The notes: a model not told the origin generated them from the letters alone. A stretch of 64,000 nt of DNA from an uncultured delta proteobacterium (GCA_963767925.1 CAVYGB010000008.1:448001-512000), one strand, 5' to 3'. Counted from the stretch's first letter, positions 51,987-62,423 are shown. Numbers and translations: made by a program.

Positions 51987-53198
51987 ATGGACCTGACACG
52001 GACGTTCGCCGGTGACCCCGGGTCATCGGCGTCCGCCGCTAAGACCACGTTCCAGGATGGGCTGGTGTGCTCCCCGGTCTCACCGCTGGTCGACCTGCGG
52101 CGGACCTGCATCCGGGTAGCCGCCACCCAGGCGACGGTGCTCCTGACCGGGGAGACGGGCACCGGCAAGGAGGTCTTCGCCCGGCTCATCCACGCCAACA
52201 GCCCGCGGGCCAAGCACCCCTTCGTGCCGGTCAACTGCAGCGCCATCCCCGAGGCCCTGCTGGAGAGCGAGCTGTTCGGGTACGTCAAGGGGGCCTTCAC
52301 CGGCGCGACCCATCCCCGCCGGGGGCGGGTGGCGCTGGGCGAAGGTGGCACCCTCATGCTCGACGAGATCGGCGAGCTGCCCCTGGGCCTGCAGGTCAAG
52401 CTGCTGCGCCTGCTGCAAGAGCGCACCTACGAGCCGGTGGGCAGCTCGGAGTCAGTGGTGGCCGACTTCCGCCTGGTGGCCGCCACCAACCGCAACCTCG
52501 TCGAGGAGGTGCGGCTGGGCCGCTTCCGCAAGGACCTCTACTACCGCCTCAATGTCTGCCCCATCCACCTGCCGCCGCTGCGCGAGCGGCGGGGCGACAT
52601 CGCCGAGCTGTTCTTTCACTTCTGGCAAGGCCGCGGCGAGCGCCGCGAGATCGACGCCGCCGTGATCGAGCGCCTGCAGCTCTACGAGTGGCCGGGCAAC
52701 GTGCGCGAGCTCGAGAACCTCGTCGAGCGGCTGTCGGTGATCGCCGAGGGGGACGTGATCCGGCTGGAGGATCTGCCCTCGCCGCTGTGGGAGCCGGTCG
52801 AGCACGCGGAGTCGAGCTCGCTGGAGACCACCTCGCTGCTGACCAGCGGCTACTCGATCGCGGTGCCGCCGGCCTCGACGCCGGAGCCGAGCTTCCCCTT
52901 CGAGCGGCCGCTCCCCCTGACCACCCCGACGCCGGCCCCCCTGGATCCGGAGGGGGTGCGCGAGCTCCTCACCGACGCCGAGGGGGGGACGCCCCGCCCC
53001 GAGGTGCTGCCCCGGCCCCACCTGGCCTTACCGGTAGACCTGCCTGGCTACCTGCGCGACCTGGAGAAGGCCTACATCGACGAGGCCCTGACCCAGACGG
53101 GAGGCAACAAGAAGGAGGCCGCCCGCCTGCTGGGAATGGGGCGCACGACCCTCGTCGAGAAGCTCCGCCGCCGCAACGCCGGCACGTCAGCGGCCTGA
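51987..53198 (+). CDS. Sigma54-dependent enhancer-binding protein lacking an N-terminal sensor domain (FleQ/FlrA-like by position)
   Basis: [33 protein letters not shown] and [10 protein letters not shown]; Fis-type [23 protein letters not shown]. Confidence 0.93.
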   Translation: MDLTRTFAGDPGSSASAAKTTFQDGLVCSPVSPLVDLRRTCIRVAATQATVLLTGETGTGKEVFARLIHANSPRAKHPFVPVNCSAIPEALLESELFGYVKGAFTGATHPRRGRVALGEGGTLMLDEIGELPLGLQVKLLRLLQERTYEPVGSSESVVADFRLVAATNRNLVEEVRLGRFRKDLYYRLNVCPIHLPPLRERRGDIAELFFHFWQGRGERREIDAAVIERLQLYEWPGNVRELENLVERLSVIAEGDVIRLEDLPSPLWEPVEHAESSSLETTSLLTSGYSIAVPPASTPEPSFPFERPLPLTTPTPAPLDPEGVRELLTDAEGGTPRPEVLPRPHLALPVDLPGYLRDLEKAYIDEALTQTGGNKKEAARLLGMGRTTLVEKLRRRNAGTSAA

Positions 53199-53255
53199 CC
53201 GCGACACACCCCTGACGAGATCGGGGGCGGCACACCGCCTGCAGCGGCCCTGGCC

Positions 53256-54617
53256 GTGACCATCGCCGCAGCGCTGCTCCTGACAGGCTGGCTGGCCGCC
53301 GAGGCTCCCGGCGAGGCCGCGGGGTCCCCCGACCCGACCGTGCCCCTCGTGCTGACCGCCGAGCGGCTGGCGCTACCCCGCCTGCGCGGCCCGCTCGAGC
53401 TGCGGGTGGACGCCCTGGGGGCGGCGATCGAGCTGCAGGCCCCGCGCGATCTCGGCGCCCTGGCGGCGGCCGTGGCCCGGGGGGCCCGCAACATCTGCCC
53501 GAGCTGGGAGGTCGGCGAGGGCCGCATCGTGCTCCGCTGTCGAACCCGGCGGCTGCGCGCCCGGGTGACCGGCGAGCGCAAGGGCGGGCAATTCCTCGAC
53601 CTGCAGGAGCTGCGAGGGCTGCCCCGGGACGAGGAGGTCGACCGGCTCGACCTGTTTTACGATCCGATCCCCGCCGGTCTCGGTGGCCCCTGCCCGGGGA
53701 CCACGCCGGGGGTCCAGGCCGAGTGCAGCTTGCGCGACGGCAAGACCGACCAGGCAGAGGCCCTGTTCCGGCAGGCGCTGGTGGGCGCTGACCAGACCAT
53801 GGCGGTGCTGCGGCTGGGGGATCTCGCGGCCGCCCGCGGCGACTTCCCGGGGGCGGCGCTCATGTGGAGTCGGGCGGGCTCGCGGGGGCCCTTCGGACGG
53901 CTGGCCGCCACCCGGGTCTGTGAGCTGAGCGGGTCCTGTCTGGGCAGCAAGGATCCCGGGCGGCTGTTCGACGCCGGCGAGGTGGCGGAGCCGATGCGGA
54001 CCGAGCTGGCCATACGCGGCGCCCGCGCCGAAGCCTTCGTGGGGAGGCTGCAGGCGGCCGTGCTCCGCCTGCGGGCGATGGTGGCGCTGGGATCGGTGAG
54101 CGGCGGCTGCGTGACGGTGGGGGCCCACATGTGCCGGCGCGTGCTGCAGGTGGCGGTGGAAGAAGGCGATCCCGAGGTCGCCCGCCTGGCCATCGAGGTC
54201 TACCTGTCGCTGCCCGACCGCGAGGAGGGCCCGGACAACGTGACCCTGGCGCGAATCGTCGCGGAGCGGGCGTTGCGGCTGGGCGCGCCCGCCTTCGCGG
54301 CCAACCTGCAGGCCTCGGTGGCCGCCGCGGTCTCCGACAAGGAGATCCCCGAGCACCTCCTGCGCACCGCCGAGCTCTATCTGCTGAGCGGAGACGGCGC
54401 CCGCGCCCAGCTCATCGCCGACTACGCCGACTCGCGCCTGACGCCCGGCCAGCTCCGCAGCCGGCGCTGGGCGCAGGTGCGGCGGACCCTCCTCGAGATG
54501 GCCCAGTCCTCGCCCAACGATCTCCGCCTCGCGCGCGAGCTGATCGAGGGCGAGGCGGCGCGCGACCTGGCCGACGCCATGATCTCGCTCTCGCGCGCCC
54601 GGACGCGGCAGCCATGA
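53256..54617 (+). CDS. Secreted TPR-like helical protein upstream of flgB
   Basis: Signal-like N-terminus, several Cys, and Ala/Leu helical repeats (AEALFRQAL..LRLGDLA..RGD). Confidence 0.55.
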   Translation: MTIAAALLLTGWLAAEAPGEAAGSPDPTVPLVLTAERLALPRLRGPLELRVDALGAAIELQAPRDLGALAAAVARGARNICPSWEVGEGRIVLRCRTRRLRARVTGERKGGQFLDLQELRGLPRDEEVDRLDLFYDPIPAGLGGPCPGTTPGVQAECSLRDGKTDQAEALFRQALVGADQTMAVLRLGDLAAARGDFPGAALMWSRAGSRGPFGRLAATRVCELSGSCLGSKDPGRLFDAGEVAEPMRTELAIRGARAEAFVGRLQAAVLRLRAMVALGSVSGGCVTVGAHMCRRVLQVAVEEGDPEVARLAIEVYLSLPDREEGPDNVTLARIVAERALRLGAPAFAANLQASVAAAVSDKEIPEHLLRTAELYLLSGDGARAQLIADYADSRLTPGQLRSRRWAQVRRTLLEMAQSSPNDLRLARELIEGEAARDLADAMISLSRARTRQP

Positions 54618-54653
54618 ACCTGACTCGGAGGGCGCTCCCGACGTCCTCCGGGC

Positions 54654-54669
54654 TGGCATGACGTTGGCA
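54654..54669 (+). promoter_or_regulatory. Sigma54 (-24/-12) promoter of the flagellar operon
   Basis: TGGCATGACGTTGGCA has exact GG-N10-GC spacing, 14 bp before the flgB ATG, with an EBP gene nearby. Confidence 0.72.
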
Positions 54670-54683
54670 ATGGGTTCCCGGCC

Positions 54684-55013
54684 ATGAGGATCTTCGACGC
54701 TACTTTGACTATTCTCGAGCGGTCCCTCGACGTACGCCTCGCGCGCCACAGCGCGCTCTCCGGGAATCTCGCCAATATCGACACGCCCGGGTACGTGCCC
54801 AAAGACATCGATGTGACGGACGCGATGGTGAGCGGCGAACCCGCCGCCCTCGCGGTGAGCGCGGCGATGATCACCGGGGAGCGGGACAGCGTCGATCTCG
54901 ATCGCACGATGGCCACCCTCGCCGAAAACGGCATGCAATACGGGGCCGGCGCGCGGGCGGCTGGCAAGAAGCTGGCGATCCTGCGCTACGTGGCCACCGA
55001 CGGCAACGGCTAG
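54684..55013 (+). CDS. flgB: Flagellar basal-body rod protein FlgB
   Basis: NLANIDTPGY.PKD and VDLD..MA.LAEN.MQY. Confidence 0.93.
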   Translation: MRIFDATLTILERSLDVRLARHSALSGNLANIDTPGYVPKDIDVTDAMVSGEPAALAVSAAMITGERDSVDLDRTMATLAENGMQYGAGARAAGKKLAILRYVATDGNG

Positions 55014-55028
55014 TCAGGGAGGTGACAC

Positions 55029-55439
55029 ATGGACTTTTTCACGGCTTTGCGAATCAGTGGCTCGGGGCTGTCCGCGGAACGCACGCGGGTCAACATCGCG
55101 GCTTCGAACCTGGCCAACGCGGAGACGACCCGGACCGCGCAGGGTGGGCCCTACCGCCGCCTGGATCCGGTGTTCAGCCCGGTGCAGGTGACCGACATGC
55201 CCGAGGGGCCCGAGGCGGTGCAGGTGACCCGCATCGTGAGCGACGACTCGCCCGGCCGGCGGGTCTATAGCCCCGGGCACCCCGACGCCGACGACGACGG
55301 CTACCTCAGCTTGCCCAACGTCAACCCGATCCACGAGGTGGTCAACCTCCTGTCGGCCTCGCGCGGCTACGAGGCCAACTCCACCGCGGTGGAGACCCTC
55401 AAGCAGATGGCCGGCCGGGCCCTGGACATCCTGCGCTGA
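55029..55439 (+). CDS. flgC: Flagellar basal-body rod protein FlgC
   Basis: ISGSGL.AER, SNLANAETTR..GGPYRR, PGHPDA, PNVN and ASRGYEAN. Confidence 0.97.
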   Translation: MDFFTALRISGSGLSAERTRVNIAASNLANAETTRTAQGGPYRRLDPVFSPVQVTDMPEGPEAVQVTRIVSDDSPGRRVYSPGHPDADDDGYLSLPNVNPIHEVVNLLSASRGYEANSTAVETLKQMAGRALDILR

Positions 55440-55451
55440 GGGAGGTGACCC

Positions 55452-55865
55452 ATGGCCAGTGAAACCGAGCTCCGGCTGATCAGCCCGATCGAGTCCGTCG
55501 GTCCGCAGCGGCTGCTGCAGCCCAAGATCTCTCCCCTCGCCGAGGGGTTCTCCAGCGAGCTGGGCCACGCCATCCAGGGGCTGGAGAGCCGGCGCCCGGA
55601 TCCCGCGGTGGCCCCGGTCGAGGCCATGCCCGGGGTGGGCGAGGTCGGCGAGGGCTTCGGCGGGCAGATCAAGCAGGCCGTCCGGGCCCTCGACGACCTG
55701 CAGCTCGCCGCCGACCGCCAGGCCGACGCCGTGGCCCTCGGCTCGGGCAACCTGCACGAGACCGCCATCGCCTTCGAGAAGGCCGACGTCGCCATCCGTC
55801 TGGCCAGCCGCATCCGCAACAAGATCGTCGAGGCTTACAACGAGATCATGCGGATGAGCGTGTAG
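55452..55865 (+). CDS. fliE: Flagellar hook-basal body protein FliE
   Basis: LHET.IA.EKA...IRNKIVEAYNEIMRM. Confidence 0.95.
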   Translation: MASETELRLISPIESVGPQRLLQPKISPLAEGFSSELGHAIQGLESRRPDPAVAPVEAMPGVGEVGEGFGGQIKQAVRALDDLQLAADRQADAVALGSGNLHETAIAFEKADVAIRLASRIRNKIVEAYNEIMRMSV

Positions 55866-55869
55866 AGGT

Positions 55870-57435
55870 ATGGAACCTCTCTTCAAACAGCTTCGCGAGC
55901 TGCCGGCGCGCTTCGCGGCCCTCGCCGCCGGCACCCGCTACCTGCTCGCCGGCGGCGCGGCGCTGGTGGTGCTGGCGGTGGCCGTCTGGATCACCCTCCG
56001 GGGTGACGGCAGCTACGAATACGCCTTCAGCAACCTCACGCCCGAAGACAGCAGCGAGGCCTCGGCGGTGCTCAAGGGGGCGGGGATCCCCTTCCGGGCC
56101 GAGGCGGGCGGCACCGCCCTGGCGGTGCCGGCCGGGCGGGTGCACGAGGTGCGGCTGATGCTGGCCGCCTCCGGCCTGCCCCGCGGCGGAGGGGTCGGCT
56201 TCGAGATCTTCGACCGCGGCGATCTCGGCGTCTCCGAGTTCACCCAGAAGGTGAACCTGCGGCGGGCCATCGAGGGGGAGCTGGCCCGCACCATCTCCCG
56301 GTTGGGTCCGGTGCGCTCGGCGCGGGTGCACATCAACCTCCCGGAAAAAGGCGTCTACAAGAACGAGGACCGCAAGGCCACCGCGGCGGTGGTGCTGAAC
56401 CTGCAGCCGGGCCGGGTGGTCGAGGAGCGTGAGCTGGCCGGCATCCGCCACCTGGTCTCGGCGGCGGTGGCGGGGCTGTCGCCCGACGCGGTGGCGGTGA
56501 TGGACGGGCGGGGGACCGTGCTGGCCGGGGAGCGCGCGGAGGGGGAGAAGCAGAGCTCGGTCCAGCGCGACATGGAGGCCTCGCTCGAGGAGCGCCTGCG
56601 CGACTTGCTGGAGCCGGTGGTGGGCCGGGGCGGGGTGGTGGCCAAGGTGACGGCCACCCTCGACTCCCGTGAGGTCTCGACCACCGCCGATGCCTACGAC
56701 CCGGAGAGCGCGGTGGTGCGCAACGAGCGCAAGACCACCGAGCTGACGACGGCCGACAGCGACTCCCGCCCGGGAGTGGCGGGGGCGGCTTCCGTCGATC
56801 CGCCGGAGGCGGTGGGCGGCCCGGTGGGCAAGCGCCACCAGAGCAGCCGCGAGGACACCCAGAAGAGCTACGACATCAGCAAGACGACAACCCAGACGGT
56901 GTCGCGCACGCCCCGGCTGGTGCGGCTGTCGGCCGCCCTGCTGATCTCGAGCGTGGAGGGCAAGCCCCGGCCCGAGGCCGAGCTCAAGCGCCTCTCCGAC
57001 CTGGCCAAACACGCCATCGGCTTCGACGCCGAGCGGGGCGATCAGCTCGAGATCTCGAGCGCCCCCTTCGTGCAGGACCCCGAGACGGCGGGGGTGACGG
57101 CGCCCATCTGGCAGCGGCCGGAGCTGGTGCGCTACGGGACGGGAGGGCTGATCGCCCTGCTGGCCCTGGCCGCCTTCTTCATCTTCGTGATGCGGGGCCG
57201 CCGCCGGTTCAGCTCGGCCGAGCTGGCGATGATCAAGCCCGGGTCCAAGGTGGCCCAGATCGAGGCGGAGATGCGGCGAACCGAGACCGCGGCGGTCGAG
57301 GGCGCGGCGGCGAACAAGGCGCTCGCCAGCCAGACCCGGGCCCGCCAGCTCGTGGAGGCCGATCCAGCGCGGGCGGCCCACCTGCTGCGGGCCTGGATCG
57401 CCACCGACAGCGAGGCAGGAGAGCGCGGTGGCTGA
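55870..57435 (+). CDS. fliF: Flagellar MS-ring protein FliF
   Basis: GLP.GGGVGFEIFD...GVSEF, RAIEGELARTI, SARVHI, GFDAERGD and two TMs. Confidence 0.96.
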   Translation: MEPLFKQLRELPARFAALAAGTRYLLAGGAALVVLAVAVWITLRGDGSYEYAFSNLTPEDSSEASAVLKGAGIPFRAEAGGTALAVPAGRVHEVRLMLAASGLPRGGGVGFEIFDRGDLGVSEFTQKVNLRRAIEGELARTISRLGPVRSARVHINLPEKGVYKNEDRKATAAVVLNLQPGRVVEERELAGIRHLVSAAVAGLSPDAVAVMDGRGTVLAGERAEGEKQSSVQRDMEASLEERLRDLLEPVVGRGGVVAKVTATLDSREVSTTADAYDPESAVVRNERKTTELTTADSDSRPGVAGAASVDPPEAVGGPVGKRHQSSREDTQKSYDISKTTTQTVSRTPRLVRLSAALLISSVEGKPRPEAELKRLSDLAKHAIGFDAERGDQLEISSAPFVQDPETAGVTAPIWQRPELVRYGTGGLIALLALAAFFIFVMRGRRRFSSAELAMIKPGSKVAQIEAEMRRTETAAVEGAAANKALASQTRARQLVEADPARAAHLLRAWIATDSEAGERGG

Positions 57436-58456
57436 TTCTCGATCGGATGGACGGGGCGGCGATCCCGTCGGGCTGGGCGCCCGGCGGGCGGCGGCGGTGC
57501 TGGTGGGGCTGGGCCGGGACACAGCCGGCCAGGTGTTCCGCCAGCTCGACGAGGCGACGATTCGCCAGCTCGCCCTCGGGGCGCGCGAGCTGCGGCGCAA
57601 TCCCAACCTGGTGGCCGAGGCGCTCGACACCTTCGTCCAGGCGATGGAGAGCCTGGTCGGAGACGCCGCCGCCAGCGACGGCCTCCTGCGCGAGTTCGCC
57701 ACCCGGGCGCTGGGCCCCGAGGCGGCCCGGCGGGCCTTCGACGGGGTGGCTGCCCCCCCGCCTGTCGATGAGGTGCTGGGCCCGGTGGCCCAGGCCGACG
57801 CCGAGGCCCTGGCCATGATCCTCGGGCGCGAGCAGCCGCAGACGGTGGCCCTGGTGCTGGGGTCGCTCGAGCAGCAGCGGGCGGCCGCCGTGCTCAAGCT
57901 CTTGCCCGAGCGGTCCAAGCCGCAGGTGCTGCGCCGGCTGGCCACCCTCGAGTCGGTGGCGCCCGAGGTGCTGCGCGAGGTGGGTCAGGCCCTCTCGTCG
58001 GAGCTGCGGGCGGCCCACGGCGGCGGCACCCGCCGGGTGGACGGCAAGGCGGCCGCGGTGTCGCTGCTGCGGCGCTGTCCCGCGGTGCAGCAGACCGAGG
58101 TGGTGGGCGAGATCGAGAAGGACGATCCCGAGCTGGCCACCGAGCTGCGCACGAAGCTCTTCACCTTCGAGGATCTCGTCAACCTCACGGACCGGGACAT
58201 CCAGACCTTCCTCCGGGAGATCGACAGCGCCCGGCTCACCGTGGCCCTCAAGGGGGCCAGCCCGTCGGTCACCGCCAAGGTGTTCAAGAACATGTCGAGC
58301 CGGGCGGCCGAGATGCTCAAGGACGAGATCGCGGCCATGGGGCCGGTGCGGGTTGCGGCGGTGGAAGAGGCCCAGAACGAGCTCGTCAAGACGGCGTTCG
58401 CCCTGGCGGAGCAGGCCCGCATCACGCTGGTCGGCCCCGCGGACAAGATGGTCTAG
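57428..58456 (+). CDS. fliG: Flagellar motor switch protein FliG
   Basis: EQPQTVALVL, LFTFEDL, ALKGA and NMSSRAAEMLKDE..MGPVR. Confidence 0.96.
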   Translation: MADSRSDGRGGDPVGLGARRAAAVLVGLGRDTAGQVFRQLDEATIRQLALGARELRRNPNLVAEALDTFVQAMESLVGDAAASDGLLREFATRALGPEAARRAFDGVAAPPPVDEVLGPVAQADAEALAMILGREQPQTVALVLGSLEQQRAAAVLKLLPERSKPQVLRRLATLESVAPEVLREVGQALSSELRAAHGGGTRRVDGKAAAVSLLRRCPAVQQTEVVGEIEKDDPELATELRTKLFTFEDLVNLTDRDIQTFLREIDSARLTVALKGASPSVTAKVFKNMSSRAAEMLKDEIAAMGPVRVAAVEEAQNELVKTAFALAEQARITLVGPADKMV

Positions 58457-59161
58457 ATGGCGGCGCCCCCCTTCAAGCCCCGGCGTCCCAGCTTCATGGG
58501 TCAGGCCGATCCGGCCGTGCCCCAGATCCGGCGCGCCTTCATGCCCGCAGAGTCGGACCAGGTCGGCGAGCCCCTGCCGGTGGTCTCGGCCGAGGTGGTG
58601 TCCAGTGTGCCGGTGCTGGGGTCCGGCCACCCGTCGATGGCCCTGCCGGCGCCGCCGTCCCCGCCCCCGCTGTTGCCCCCGCCGACGGGGCCGGGGTCGG
58701 CGCCCGCGGACGCGGCCGCTCACGCCGACGCGCAACGCCTGGAGCACGCCCTCGATCGCCTGCAGATGCTGGGCGATCGGCTGGCGGCCGAGGCCCGGGC
58801 CGACGCGGTCGAGGTGGCGCTGCTGGTGGCGCGCAAGATCGTGGAGGGGGAGCTGGAGGTCAACGTCGACCGCTTCCTGGCCATGGTGCGCTCGGCGGTG
58901 CGCCGGCTGGGTGAATCCCGGCGGGTCGTCATCCGCCTGGCCCCCGCCGACGCCGAGGTCGTCGAGTCGATGCGCCAGCGCAACGGCGGCGAGCTGGCCG
59001 GCTTCAGCTCGATCCAGATGGAGATCACGGCCGACCCAACCCTCAAGCGCGGCGACGTCGTCGTGGAAGGCGATCTGGTGGCCATCGACGGACGACTCGA
59101 CACGCGGATGGCAGAGATGCGGCGGGCCCTGGCCGAGCAGGCCATGGAGGAGACGACGTGA
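58457..59161 (+). CDS. fliH: Flagellar export protein FliH
   Basis: Position between fliG and fliI; VARKIV, IRLAPAD and ADPTLKRGDVVVE....IDGR. Confidence 0.85.
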   Translation: MAAPPFKPRRPSFMGQADPAVPQIRRAFMPAESDQVGEPLPVVSAEVVSSVPVLGSGHPSMALPAPPSPPPLLPPPTGPGSAPADAAAHADAQRLEHALDRLQMLGDRLAAEARADAVEVALLVARKIVEGELEVNVDRFLAMVRSAVRRLGESRRVVIRLAPADAEVVESMRQRNGGELAGFSSIQMEITADPTLKRGDVVVEGDLVAIDGRLDTRMAEMRRALAEQAMEETT

Positions 59162-60599
59162 GCCTACTGGACGTGAGCCGCATCGAGCGGGCCCTGGTCG
59201 ACCTCGATCCGGTGGCGGTCTCCGGCCGGGTCACCCGGGTCTCGGGGATCGTCGTCGAGGCGGCCCTGCCCCAGGTGGCGGTGGGCACCTCCTGCGAGAT
59301 TCATGCGGTGGGGGGCAAGATGATCGCCTCGGAGGTGGTGGGATTCGTCGGGGCCCACGCCCTGCTGATGCCCTTCGGCGAGGTCAAGGGCATCGGCGAG
59401 GGCTGCGCGGTCCGACCCCGCACCAGCGCCGGGGAGATCCTGGTGGGCCAGGCCCTGCTGGGGCGGGTGGTCAACGCGGCGATGGTCCCGCTCGACGGGC
59501 TGGCGCCGCTGCACCTTGCGCTCGCGGGTGCCCCTGCACGCCGCGCCTCGCCGCGGCCATGGGCCGGCGGCGGATCGCCGCCCCGCTCGAGCTGGGGATC
59601 CGGGCCCTCGACGCCTTCCTCACGGCGGGCGAGGGGCAACGGCTGGGGATCATGGCCGGCCCGGGGGTGGGCAAGAGCGTGCTGCTGGGGATGTTGGCCC
59701 GCAACGCCGCCGCCGACGTCATCGTGGTGGGGCTGGTGGGCGAACGGGGCCGCGAGGTGCGCGAGTTCGTCGAGCGGGACCTGGGCCCCGAGGGCCTCCG
59801 CCGCTCGGTTGTGGTTGTCGCCACCGGCGACGAGTCGCCGCTGGTGCGGGTGCGGGCGGCGATGGCCGCCACGGCGGTGGCGGAGTTCTTCCGCGAGCGG
59901 GGCAAGAAGGTGCTCCTGCTGGTGGACTCGCTGTCCCGGGTGGCGATGGCCCAGCGGGAGATCGGGCTCGCGGCGGGCGAGCCGCCCACCTCGCGCGGGT
60001 ACCCGCCCTCGGTCTTCGCCCTGCTGCCCCGCCTGATCGAGCGGGCGGGCAACGACGCGGGACCGGGGAGCATCACGGCCCTCTACACGGTGCTGGCGGA
60101 GGGCGACGATCTCAACGAGCCGGTCTCCGACGCGGCCCGCGCCGCCCTCGACGGTCACGTCGTGCTGTCGCGCAAGCTGGCCAACGCGGGCCACTTCCCC
60201 GCCATCGACGTGCTAGCCAGCATCAGCCGGGTGATGACCGACGTGGTGACCGCCGGTCACAAGGAGCTGGCCCTCAGCGCCCGCGAGCTGCTGGCGGCTT
60301 ACCGCGAGTCGGCCGACCTGATCGAGGTGGGGGCCTACGCGGCGGGGAGCAATCCCCGGGTCGATCGGGCCATCCGCTGCCGGGATACCCTGAGCGCCTT
60401 CCTCCGCCAGCGCGGCGACGAGCGGCCGGCGCTGAGCCAGACGCTGAGCGAGCTCAAGCGGGCCCTGGCCCCCGCCGGCGGCCCGGCGCCGGGCGCGCCC
60501 GGCGTCGCGGGGATGCCGGGATTCCCGGGCGCGCCGGGAGCCACGGGAGCGTCCGGAGTCCCGGGCGCGCTGGGAGGAGGCAAGCCAGACCATGTTTGA
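59158..60599 (+). CDS. fliI: Flagellar export ATPase FliI, interrupted by apparent frameshift(s) at about 59515-59548
   Basis: First frame has GRV.RV.G, EVVGF and LLGRV. A later frame has GIRALD, GQRLGI.AGPGVGKS, GERGREV, DSLSRVAMAQRE and GHFPAID. Confidence 0.93.
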
Positions 60600-61356
60600 G
60601 ATCTTGATACCGCTCTGCCTGCTGCTCACCTCGGAGGGGCCTCCCCCGGCCCAGCCGGCCCACGGAGAGGCGAAGGGCGAGGCCGCCAAGAAGGAGGCCG
60701 CGCCACCCCGCAAGGCCCCCGAGCCGCCGCCGGCGGGCAAGAGCGACAAGGCCGAGGGCCGCGCGGCGGCGCACGCGCCCGGGCGCCCGGGCGACAAGCC
60801 CGCCACCGAGAAGCCACCGGGCGAAAGGCCGGTCCCGCCGACCTTGACCGGGACCGCCTTCCGGCAGGAGCTGTCCCAGGGCAAGCGGGTGGGCGACCTG
60901 GAGCACCCGCCCTCCGAGCGGGAGCGGATGCAGAACCTGGCCGCCGACCTGGCCCGGACCCGCGAGGCCCTCCGGGCCGAGACCGCCCGGCTGGAGGCCT
61001 TGATTCGACAGGCGCCCGCGGAGGCTGGCCGGCCGGTGGGATCACCCGCGACCGGCGCCGCCCCGCCGGCCCCCCTGGGGTTGGGTCCGCCGGGTGGTCG
61101 TCCGGTCGACCCCAGCCAGGTCGAGCTCGTCGCCAAAACCTTCCGGGGGATGAAGCCCGAGCAGGCGGCGGCCCTCATCGGCCACCTCGATCGGGCACTG
61201 GCCGCCGAGGTGCTGGCCCGCATGCGCCCGCCCGACGCCGGGGCGATCCTCGGCCTGCTCCGGCCCGAGCTCGGCGCCGCCTTGACCACCGAGATGGCCA
61301 ACCGGCCGGCAGCGGCTGGCGGCGGCAAGAAGAAGGCCGAGAAGGGGACACCATGA
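60592..61356 (+). CDS. MotE/FlbB-like (MgtE N-terminal-like) flagellar protein
   Basis: N-terminal hydrophobic segment, coiled coil, and K.F..MKPEQAA.....LD...A..VL..M....AG.IL repeat. Confidence 0.78.
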   Translation: MFEILIPLCLLLTSEGPPPAQPAHGEAKGEAAKKEAAPPRKAPEPPPAGKSDKAEGRAAAHAPGRPGDKPATEKPPGERPVPPTLTGTAFRQELSQGKRVGDLEHPPSERERMQNLAADLARTREALRAETARLEALIRQAPAEAGRPVGSPATGAAPPAPLGLGPPGGRPVDPSQVELVAKTFRGMKPEQAAALIGHLDRALAAEVLARMRPPDAGAILGLLRPELGAALTTEMANRPAAAGGGKKKAEKGTP

Positions 61357-62423
61357 ATCCAGCACGTGGTCCGGGACCTGCCGGAGCTTCGCGGGCGTCT
61401 CACGGCGAGGGCGTGGGCGGCGGGCGGGGGTCCAAGGGCGCGCGGGGTCCCAAGGCTCCCGACTTCGCCAAGATGCTGAACGAGCCCGCGCAGGCCAGGG
61501 CCGGCGAGGACGCTCCGGACGAGCCCGAGGTGTCGGAGATGAGCGCGGGCGAAGACGGGATGGCCGCCACCGGGGTCCAGCGGGGCAACGCGCAGGGCCG
61601 GGACGAAGAGACCGATCAGGACGAGACCACCGAGGCCGAGCTCGGTGGCGAGGGGTCGCCCGATCGCTACTTCGGGCCCCAGGTGCCCGAACTGCCCGAG
61701 AAGCCCGAGGACGGTGAGAAGGGCGACAAGGGGGAGGGCGGTCCGGGCCGAGGGGGGCCGGGGAACCGGTCCGAGCAGCCACGGTTCGGGCTGCCTGCGC
61801 GGTCGGAGCCGGCCGGCCAGGCCGCGCCGCCCGGGTTCTCGGTGACCAGAGGGTCCGCGGGCGCAACGAGCAACGAGGCGCCCGGCCGGTCGTCGCCGCC
61901 AGCGAAGGGTCCCCGCGCCGCCGAGCCCGGGGCGGAGTCGTCCGCGCTGCTCGAGCTGTCGGGCTTCCGCGGCCTGAGCGGGCCCCCGCTCGAGACCGCG
62001 GCCAACGCTCCGCCGCCGCCGCTGCCACCGGCGGGCGCGTTCCTGCTGGAGCAGGCCGTGCGGGACGAGGGCTTGATGGTGGCGGTGCTGCCCCGGGCGG
62101 CCCACATCTCCATCCAGACCGACGATGGCCGGGCCCTCGAGCTGCATCTGCGGCTGTCGCCCGAGGGGGCCCATATCCGGGCCTCGGGCGCGCTGGCGCC
62201 GATGATCGGCGCCCAGCTCCCGGCCCTGGGGCTCGAGCTGGCCGCGCAGGGCTTGACCCTCAGCGGCTTCGAGCTGGGCGGTGGCGAGCGCCGCTCCGGT
62301 CTCGACCCCGAGCCGGCCGATGAAGACGCGGGCACGTCCCGTTCGGTCCGCCCGCTGGCGGCCGCGGCTGCCGAGCCCGCTCCGGCGGCACCGTTGCCGG
62401 GGCGCATTCACCTCAAGCTCTGA
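61353..62423 (+). CDS. fliK: Probable flagellar hook-length control protein FliK
   Basis: Low-complexity acidic/Pro-rich N-terminus; compact C-terminal domain (L.L.L......L...LAAQGL.L); lies immediately before flgD. Confidence 0.65.
   Translation: MNPARGPGPAGASRASHGEGVGGGRGSKGARGPKAPDFAKMLNEPAQARAGEDAPDEPEVSEMSAGEDGMAATGVQRGNAQGRDEETDQDETTEAELGGEGSPDRYFGPQVPELPEKPEDGEKGDKGEGGPGRGGPGNRSEQPRFGLPARSEPAGQAAPPGFSVTRGSAGATSNEAPGRSSPPAKGPRAAEPGAESSALLELSGFRGLSGPPLETAANAPPPPLPPAGAFLLEQAVRDEGLMVAVLPRAAHISIQTDDGRALELHLRLSPEGAHIRASGALAPMIGAQLPALGLELAAQGLTLSGFELGGGERRSGLDPEPADEDAGTSRSVRPLAAAAAEPAPAAPLPGRIHLKL

Noticed and set aside
51400..53198. FHA and EBP as one frameshifted gene
   Set aside because: The FHA ORF ends with a clean stop after a complete C-terminus, and there is an 83-bp gap. 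A fusion is not supported without read data.
54684..61356. Non-flagellar type III secretion system
   Set aside because: FlgB, FlgC, FliE, FlgD and FlgE are flagellum-specific.
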